IMG/VR virus record: IMGVR_UViG_2703718808_000018
Location: 1 to 12,452 of that record
Source of the DNA: a virus
Taxonomy: Duplodnaviria > Heunggongvirae > Uroviricota > Caudoviricetes
Length of the DNA: 12,452 nucleotides
Strand: one strand, 5' to 3'
Made by a program: the position numbers and the translations under genes
The notes under the pieces: generated by a model
Database searches by the model: none
What the model was told of the DNA's origin: nothing
What the model saw: only the letters and a program-made list of their open reading frames with translations
Shown here: one piece after another, positions 7,259-12,452 of the stretch
Layout: each line of letters opens with the position of its first letter
Numbering within the stretch: the first letter of the stretch is position 1

Positions 7259-7667
7259 ACACATCCGTATGGCGATGAATGCCTGGGCATATCCTGATGG
7301 TGAGAAAGTTCCCGCAGCTGAAATAGCCCGGACTTATTTCGAGCTGGGGATGACGTTCCCGGAACTGTACGACGACAGCCATCCGGAAGCCCTGGCTCGT
7401 AATACCCAGAAAATTTTCCGCTGGGTGGAGAAGGACACGTCTGATGCTGTTGAAAAAATTCAGGCGCTGTTACCGGCGATCGAAAAGGCGATGCCGCCTT
7501 TGCTGGTGGCCCGTATGCGCAGTCACAGTTCTGAATATTACCGGGAGATCGTCGAACGACGGGATCGGCTGGTGAAAGATGTGGATGATTTTGTCGCTGT
7601 AGCGATCGCCTGGGGCACCCTGACTAACAGTGGTGGTCAGCCTGGTAATGCTGTTGTTGTGCATTGA
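7242..7667 (+). CDS. YdaT-like protein (Rac prophage family)
   Basis: 141-aa ORF starting MKIKHEHI..., which matches the N-terminus of Rac YdaT as I remember it. It overlaps the end of the cro-like gene by 17 bp. Confidence 0.75.
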   Translation: MKIKHEHIRMAMNAWAYPDGEKVPAAEIARTYFELGMTFPELYDDSHPEALARNTQKIFRWVEKDTSDAVEKIQALLPAIEKAMPPLLVARMRSHSSEYYREIVERRDRLVKDVDDFVAVAIAWGTLTNSGGQPGNAVVVH

Positions 7668-7735
7668 CCAACAATATTTATACCGGATTTCTTCCGGAAG
7701 TTCGTGGGTAAAGTTCGGTATCAGAAGAGGTGAGT

Positions 7736-8767
7736 ATGGCTAATGCCTGGCTCAGATTGTGGCATGACATGCCAAATGACCCCAAGTGGCGAACGATTGC
7801 CAGGGTATCAGGACAGCCAATCGCAACAGTGATGGCAGTGTATATCCACCTTCTGGTGAGCGCGTCACGAAATGTCACGACATGTCACGGCGTGTCACTA
7901 CGTGGTCACATTGATGTCACGACGGAAGATTTAGCAAGTGCGCTTGATGTGACGGAAGACGTAATTGATTCAATTTTGCATGCAATGCAGGGGCGGGTTC
8001 TGGATGGTGACCTTATTTCCGGATGGGAAAAACGTCAGGTGCTGAAAGAGGACAATGGTAACGTTTCGCAAACGGCAAAATCCCCGGCAGAGCGTAAGAG
8101 AGCGCAGCGGGAGCGGGAAAAGCTGCGGAAACATAATGCTGATTGTCACGATGAGTCACGACGTGTCACGCATCTGTCACGACAAGTCACGACAGATAAA
8201 GATACAGATACAGAATTAAACCCCACACATAACGCGCGCGAGAGTATTCCGACCAGTGAGTCGAATGGTGCGCCGTTGCAGACAGCCGAACCTGAATACC
8301 TGGACGGCCTGAGCGAACCGATCGGGAAATTTTCGATGACTACTGTCTGGCAGCCGTCGCCGGATTTTCGACAACGGGCAGCAGTGTGGGGTATGGCTCT
8401 GCCTGAGCCGGAGTTTACACCTGCTGAGCTTGCCGCATTCCGGGATTACTGGATGGCGGAGGGGAAGGTTTTCACGCAGGTTCAGTGGGAGCAGAAATTT
8501 GCCCGTCACGTGCAGCACGTCAGGGCACAGGTAAAACCAGTCAGCAAGGGGGTAAGCCATGCAGCATCAGGTGGCACGGCATCACGGGCAGTTCAGGAAA
8601 TCCGGGCAGCACGCGAACAGTGGGAACGTGACAACGGATTTATCAGCAACGGAAACGGCCTGGAAGCTGTGGGAGCTTATGGGGGAGGTGTATTCGAACC
8701 GCTGGACTCAGAAGAACGGGGCCGCACCTTCGAAGCTCTGGATTGCCCAGATTGGTGCGATGACTGA
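7736..8767 (+). CDS. Replication initiation protein (lambda O-like role; YdaU/DUF1376-type N-terminus, DnaT-like C-terminal region)
   Basis: ATG at 7736 with AAGAGG upstream (the ORF track starts at GTG 7730). The N-terminus AWLRLWHDMPNDPKWRTIARVSG is typical of DUF1376 prophage replication proteins. The gene contains two clusters of phased direct repeats (candidate iterons) and is followed by a P-like gene. Confidence 0.8.
   Translation: MANAWLRLWHDMPNDPKWRTIARVSGQPIATVMAVYIHLLVSASRNVTTCHGVSLRGHIDVTTEDLASALDVTEDVIDSILHAMQGRVLDGDLISGWEKRQVLKEDNGNVSQTAKSPAERKRAQREREKLRKHNADCHDESRRVTHLSRQVTTDKDTDTELNPTHNARESIPTSESNGAPLQTAEPEYLDGLSEPIGKFSMTTVWQPSPDFRQRAAVWGMALPEPEFTPAELAAFRDYWMAEGKVFTQVQWEQKFARHVQHVRAQVKPVSKGVSHAASGGTASRAVQEIRAAREQWERDNGFISNGNGLEAVGAYGGGVFEPLDSEERGRTFEALDCPDWCDD
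7863..7921 (+). repeat. Iteron-like cluster 1: six direct copies of GTCAC(G) at 10-11 bp phasing
   Basis: GTCAC starts at 7864, 7874, 7884, 7894, 7905 and 7916, all in the same orientation and inside the initiator ORF. Confidence 0.6.
8144..8191 (+). repeat. Iteron-like cluster 2: five direct copies of GTCACG at 10-11 bp phasing, followed by an A+T-richer stretch
   Basis: GTCAC starts at 8145, 8155, 8165, 8176 and 8186, followed by GATAAAGATACAGATACAGAATTAAA. This is about 280 bp downstream of cluster 1 within the same ORF. Confidence 0.6.
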
Positions 8768-9221
8768 ACAGCAAATCCGTCTGGTCTGCCGTCAGTGCAT
8801 GGACCGCTGCCGGGCGGGTGAAACGTGGCCCCCGGACCTGGCTGAGTTTGTTGCGCTGATTTCGGAGAGTGGGGCAAATCCATTTGGTCTTACGGTGGAT
8901 GCAGTGATGGAAGAGTACCGGCGCTGGCGCAATGAATCCTGGCGATACGACGGGAGTGATAAATACCCGTGGCCACAGCCTGTGCTGTACCACATCTGCC
9001 TCGAAATGCGTACCAGAGGGATTGAGCGCCAGATGACGCAGGGTGAGTTAAAACGACTTGCGGAACGGCAACTGACGAAATGGGCAAAGCATGTTGGTAA
9101 CGGGATGAGTGTTCCGCCAGTGCGACGACAACTGGAAGGGGCGAAACACCCGCAAGGGCCAACGCCAATTGAACGGCTGAAACAGGAATACGAACGCCGG
9201 AAGGCAGCTGGTTTTATTTGA
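8760..9221 (+). CDS. Replication protein P-like (DnaB helicase loader)
   Basis: The C-terminal two thirds align with lambda P as I recall it (PPDLAEFVAL / YPWPQPVLYHI / ELKRLAERQL versus lambda PSPGQFVAWC / YPWKSNAHYWL / ELRRKAADEL). Stop at 9221 is firm; start is uncertain. ATG 8760 overlaps the initiator stop (ATGACTGA); the same frame is open back to ATG 8679 and ATG 8559, which would give a lambda P-like length but a ~200-bp overlap. Confidence 0.7.
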   Translation: MTEQQIRLVCRQCMDRCRAGETWPPDLAEFVALISESGANPFGLTVDAVMEEYRRWRNESWRYDGSDKYPWPQPVLYHICLEMRTRGIERQMTQGELKRLAERQLTKWAKHVGNGMSVPPVRRQLEGAKHPQGPTPIERLKQEYERRKAAGFI

Positions 9222-9254
9222 ATCTGAGAAACGATTTTGTCGGAGGAAATTTTA

Positions 9255-9971
9255 ATGGAAACTGTATTTGACGCACTGAAAGCACTGAAAAGAGCCTCTT
9301 CACAGGTAGTGGCGGCCCGCCTTGGAATCAGCCGTGAAGATGCGGTCAACGAACTGTGGAAACTGAAGCGCCGCGGTGAAGCGGATAACAAGGGTTCGAT
9401 GTGGTGGCTGATTCAGGCTGGTGAAAGTGAACCGGTGTCACCGGTACCGAAAGTGACAGCGCAAATGCTGATTAAGGCGATTGAACAACATGGCCCACAA
9501 ACGGCAGATGAGCTGGCACTGATGTTCGGGATTACCTCCCGCCGGGCGAATTCATCGCTGGCCATGGCAATCAGCAAAGGGCGTCTGATTCGCGTGAATC
9601 AGGGCGGTAAATTTCGTTACTGCATACCGGGCGCTGATTTACCGGCAGAGCCGGAAGCTGCATCCGTAGCGGAAACAGATGGTAAAGCCTTTCCTCAGCC
9701 AGCAGGTGTTGCGTTACCAGTCCGGGAAACGACGACACAGGAAGAAATGAAAACAGAAATCGTGGAAGACATTGTGAAGTTACAGCCATCGGTCACCGAA
9801 ACGAAAGCAGATGACCTGATTCTACCATCGCTGCATGTGGCTAACCGCGAGCTGCGCCGGGCAAAAGGTCAGGTTCAGAAGTGGGAGCGTGTCTGCGCCG
9901 CGCTGCGGGAACTGAACAAACACAGGGATATTCTCCGGGATATTACCGCCACCAGAGAGCTGCTGCGGTGA
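9255..9971 (+). CDS. Winged-helix DNA-binding protein with two tandem wHTH-like modules and a C-terminal coiled coil (hypothetical)
   Basis: ATG at 9255 with GGAGG 8 nt upstream (the ORF track starts at TTG 9237). Residues ~1-55 and ~75-135 look like two repeats of a helix-turn-helix plus wing, and the C-terminus ([33 protein letters not shown]) is predicted helical. Confidence 0.75.
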   Translation: METVFDALKALKRASSQVVAARLGISREDAVNELWKLKRRGEADNKGSMWWLIQAGESEPVSPVPKVTAQMLIKAIEQHGPQTADELALMFGITSRRANSSLAMAISKGRLIRVNQGGKFRYCIPGADLPAEPEAASVAETDGKAFPQPAGVALPVRETTTQEEMKTEIVEDIVKLQPSVTETKADDLILPSLHVANRELRRAKGQVQKWERVCAALRELNKHRDILRDITATRELLR

Positions 9972-10285
9972 GTGGCTGGAAGAAGTGGCGCTGGGCGGAA
10001 ATTATGATACTCCGGCAGTGTGCGGGAACGATGACAGTCGAAAGCATCGGCAGTCTGATTGGCCGTAGTGGGGCTGCCGTCAGGACGAAAGCGCGGGAAC
10101 TGGGTATCTGCATGATGTTACGGGGTGATTATCACCAGTCAGCCAAATGTTCACAGCGTGATATTGAGCTGGCGCGGCAACTGCATCAGCGTGGCGTACC
10201 CCGACGGGAAATTGCCGAAAAGTTTGGGATGAAGTTGGGCGCAGTGAATAACTACGTTTATTTCGACAGGAGGGTTCAGGCGTGA
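9968..10285 (+). CDS. Small putative DNA-binding protein (HTH-like segments), hypothetical
   Basis: Proposed GTG start at 9968 overlaps the preceding stop (GTGA); alternative ATG at 10004. The ORF track's start at 9881 lies inside the previous gene. C-terminal [19 protein letters not shown] is HTH-like. Stop at 10285 is firm. Confidence 0.55.
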   Translation: MSGWKKWRWAEIMILRQCAGTMTVESIGSLIGRSGAAVRTKARELGICMMLRGDYHQSAKCSQRDIELARQLHQRGVPRREIAEKFGMKLGAVNNYVYFDRRVQA

Positions 10286-10587
10286 GGGTGAGAATTTATA
10301 TCGCCGGTCCGATGACGGGATATGAAAATTTCAACCGTGAGGCGTTTCACAAGGCGGAAGAAGCACTGAAACAGGAAGGGCATACCGTATTAAATCCCGC
10401 AGTACTTCCGGACGGGCTGACTCAGCCACATTACATGGATATTTGCATGGCAATGATTCGTTGTGTGGATGCGGTTTATATGCTGAAAGGCTGGCAGCGG
10501 TCGGCAGGCGCTAAGGCAGAGCTGGCACTGGCGGAGAAACTGGGGCATGCAGTTATTTTCCAGGAGGCAACCAGTGAGCGAAATTAA
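10282..10587 (+). CDS. DUF4406-like (nucleoside 2-deoxyribosyltransferase-like fold) protein
   Basis: GTG start overlapping the preceding stop (GTGA), with AGGAGGG 7 nt upstream. The N-terminal IYIAGPMTG motif and overall size fit the DUF4406 small Rossmann-like proteins common in prophage nin regions. Confidence 0.75.
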   Translation: MRVRIYIAGPMTGYENFNREAFHKAEEALKQEGHTVLNPAVLPDGLTQPHYMDICMAMIRCVDAVYMLKGWQRSAGAKAELALAEKLGHAVIFQEATSERN

Positions 10588-10734
10588 TTACCAGGAACTA
10601 CGGCAGGTGAAAGAGAAAGCATAATCCAGAACTGAATAATTAAAATCAGCACTGTAAATAAAATTTAATCCTTAACCGGAGGGATTCCTGCACCCTCAGA
10701 ACATCAGGAGACCGCCCGGCAGGGCGGTAGTGAA

Positions 10735-10917
10735 ATGCGAAAGTTCAAAATAATTATTGAAACGGGAATCGCCGGTGGAGATTTCGAGGATGAATTCGAA
10801 GTGAATGATGATGCGACGCCTGATGAAATTCATAACGAAGCAAAAGAAATTTTCTTTAACTACTGCAATTACTCATATCACGAAATAAAAGACGAAGAGG
10901 AAGAACAAAATGGCTGA
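10735..10917 (+). CDS. Hypothetical very acidic small protein (60 aa, about 18 D/E versus 5 K/R)
   Basis: ORF with ATG at 10735. An AGGAG (10706-10710) is separated from the ATG by a 7-bp GC-rich hairpin (10711-10728). The ORF lies inside a segment bounded by 23-bp direct repeats. Confidence 0.5.
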   Translation: MRKFKIIIETGIAGGDFEDEFEVNDDATPDEIHNEAKEIFFNYCNYSYHEIKDEEEEQNG

Positions 10918-11086
10918 TTTTGGTTCAACTAAATACAACGTCAGTTTTGAAGAATGGCATGAACTGTTAATGGACTATGCAGAGTTACGTGGTGGCAGTG
11001 CTGCTGATGCTGAAGCATGGCGTGATGATTATGAAGCAGGAAAAACTCCGGTCGAAGCATATTGTGATGAGTGGGGCGATGAATGA
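10910..11086 (+). CDS. Hypothetical very acidic small protein (58 aa; MADFGSTKYNVSFEEWHELLMDYAELRGGSAADAEAWRDDYEAGKTPVEAYCDEWGDE), below the ORF-track cutoff
   Basis: Hand-translated. ATG at 10910 overlaps the stop of the previous acidic ORF (ATGGCTGA); GAAGAGG lies upstream; stop TGA at 11084-11086. Confidence 0.45.
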   Translation: MADFGSTKYNVSFEEWHELLMDYAELRGGSAADAEAWRDDYEAGKTPVEAYCDEWGDE

Positions 11087-11517
11087 GCGAGATTAATTAT
11101 CAGGAAGGGCATGAAACGGCTGGTCAGCCAACTGAAAAAAGCGAAGCCGGACTGCAAATTACCGGATAAGGCGATGGACTACCTGAAGCGAAACGGACTG
11201 ATAAACGAGGAGAATATTTTACGATGACCTGGCCTGAAGCGTTCATAACGGTAGGAATTGCAATGGCGGTGGCGCTGGTGGTGTATTCGATTTGCCGCTG
11301 GGGATAAAAACGGTTTGCGGGGAAAGAAGAGTTAAGTAGAATTGCTGCGGGTGCTTGAGGCTGTCTGCCTCGGGCATGCCGACGTAAGGCAGACAGAGAA
11401 AAGCCCCAGTTAACATTATGCGTCTTGCAGGACGCTTAACATTAATCTGAGGCCATATCTATGACTTGCACACTTAGATTAGCCTCTTATGCGCCGAAAG
11501 GCAAGGAGCAGCAGGCT

Positions 11518-11673
11518 ATGAAGCAGCAAAAGGCGATGCTAATCGCCCTGATCGTCATCTGTATTACCGTCGTTGTAACGGTAGTGGTAACGAGGAAAGA
11601 CCTCTGCGAGGTACGAATCCGAACCGGCCAGACGGAGGTCGCTGTCTTCACAGCTTACGAATCTGAGAAGTAA
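11518..11673 (+). CDS. hokD: Hok/Gef-family type I membrane toxin (HokD/RelF-like)
   Basis: 51-aa product MKQQKAMLIALIVICITVVVTVVVTRKDLCEVRIRTGQTEVAVFTAYESEK has the Hok/Gef signature: one transmembrane helix, then ...TRK.LCE.R.R.G..EVA.F.AYES.K. ATG at 11518 has AAGGAG upstream; the ORF track's longer form from 11461 is an in-frame upstream extension. Confidence 0.85.
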   Translation: MKQQKAMLIALIVICITVVVTVVVTRKDLCEVRIRTGQTEVAVFTAYESEK

Positions 11674-11741
11674 GAGACCCGGCGAGGGAGAAATCCCTCG
11701 CCACCTCTGATGTGTCAGGCATCCTCAACGCACCCGCACTT

Positions 11742-11768
11742 AACCCGCTTCTGCGGGTTTTGTTTTTT
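11742..11768 (+). terminator. Rho-independent terminator downstream of the hok-like gene
   Basis: AACCCGC-TTCT-GCGGGTT (7-bp stem) followed by TTGTTTTTT. A perfect 9-bp GC-rich hairpin with a GAAA loop (GGCGAGGGA-GAAA-TCCCTCGCC, 11681-11702) precedes it, just after the hok stop. Confidence 0.65.
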
Positions 11769-11839
11769 CCTGGCATTCTGGTTTACAATTCGCACGCCGG
11801 CCTGAACAACTGGCACCTGCTGTGTCACCGGAGAACCCG

Positions 11840-12112
11840 ATGGCGCAACGTATAAAATCCCACAATTCTGAAGCCGTCCCGGCCATTAAGCGGGGGCGGC
11901 ATTCGCACGTATTTAAAACCGACTGGTACCAGCATCCCCCATGCACTGAAGAACAGGCCGAATGGCTGATTCAGTGTTACCGCAGGCGCGGATACGAGGT
12001 TAAGAAAGCCATCAGCCTCGATTATCGTCACTGGATAATCTCTGTCAGGCTCCCTTATTCCGAACATCCACCGCGTCCGTCCCGCACATTCCAGCAACGT
12101 ATCTGGAGGTAA
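11840..12112 (+). CDS. Hypothetical protein (90 aa)
   Basis: ATG at 11840 with GGAG 7 nt upstream (the ORF track starts at GTG 11822); stop TAA at 12110-12112. Basic protein with no recognised domain. Confidence 0.55.
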   Translation: MAQRIKSHNSEAVPAIKRGRHSHVFKTDWYQHPPCTEEQAEWLIQCYRRRGYEVKKAISLDYRHWIISVRLPYSEHPPRPSRTFQQRIWR

Positions 12113-12113
12113 C

Positions 12114-12452
12114 GTGCGGGTATTACTTCGACCTGTTCTGGTGCCGGAACTTGGCCTGGTGGTCCTTAAGCCCGGACGCGAATCACTGCCTGTTTTTCAT
12201 TGCGGCAGGGTGCTGGTGGAGCCGGAACCGAAAAACATGCGCGGTCTGCCGTCCGGAGTCGTTCCTGCCGTTCGCCAGCCGCTGGCAGAGGATAAAACAT
12301 TACTGCCATTTTTCAGCGATGAGCGGGTTATTCGTGCAGCAGGTGGTGCAGGTGCACTGTCTGACTGGTTATTACGTCACGTGAAATCCTGCCAGTGGCC
12401 ACACGGCGATTATCATCACAGCGAAACAGTCATTCACCGTTATGGTACCGGC
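12114..12452 (+). CDS. Hypothetical protein, 3'-partial (runs off the window end)
   Basis: Frame open from GTG 12114 (GGAGG just upstream) to the window end, 113 codons with no stop in my hand translation (MRVLLRPVLVPELGLVVLKPG...CQWPHGDYHHSETVIHRYGTG). Not in the ORF track because it is incomplete. Confidence 0.4.
   Translation, partial: MRVLLRPVLVPELGLVVLKPGRESLPVFHCGRVLVEPEPKNMRGLPSGVVPAVRQPLAEDKTLLPFFSDERVIRAAGGAGALSDWLLRHVKSCQWPHGDYHHSETVIHRYGTG

Noticed and set aside
7863-8191. Possibility that the phased GTCACG repeats are a CRISPR array
   Set aside because: Repeat units are only about 10 bp with essentially no spacers, they lie inside a protein-coding frame, and no cas genes are present. 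They fit iterons, not CRISPR.
7470-9789. Minus-strand ORFs overlapping the replication genes (7470..7664, 7678..7878, 8216..8560, 8643..8993, 8677..8883, 8792..9391, 8890..9168, 9571..9789)
   Set aside because: Antisense to the well-supported YdaT-like, initiator, P-like and winged-helix genes, and Arg/Ser/Pro-rich as expected for GC-rich antisense frames.
11740-12097. Minus-strand ORFs 11740..11946 and 11825..12097
   Set aside because: Antisense to the plus-strand gene 11840..12112 and overlapping the hok terminator; no RBS; Cys/Gly/Arg-rich composition.

Overview
This window reads as the early/immunity region of a lambdoid (Rac-like) prophage from an Enterobacteriaceae host; all calls are from reading the sequence and ORF track, with no database search run. 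Leftward (minus strand): integrase, overlapping excisionase, and a large exonuclease with a C-terminal DEDDh 3'-5' exonuclease domain, then an ORF-poor ~1 kb stretch and small hypothetical genes. The immunity region has a leftward operon of HTH regulator, small antitoxin and ParE/RelE toxin (resembling the PaaR-PaaA-ParE three-component type), ending in a clear intrinsic terminator. Rightward (plus strand): Cro/YdaS-like and YdaT-like genes, an O-like replication initiator, a lambda P-like helicase loader, a winged-helix protein, a small HTH protein, a DUF4406-like protein, two very acidic small ORFs, a Hok/Gef toxin and two further hypothetical genes (the last partial). The most notable non-coding signals are a 15-bp operator-like motif forming near-identical 39-bp palindromes on either side of the regulator-TA operon, each over a -35-like hexamer (an OL/OR-like pair), and eleven phased GTCAC(G) repeats in two clusters inside the initiator gene (candidate origin iterons). 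No single feature can be shown from sequence alone to be a new system; the best candidates are the operator-bracketed regulator-TA immunity module, the uncharacterised genes between it and the exonuclease, and the repeat-flanked acidic two-ORF cassette. No attachment site, tRNA, rRNA or CRISPR array is visible.
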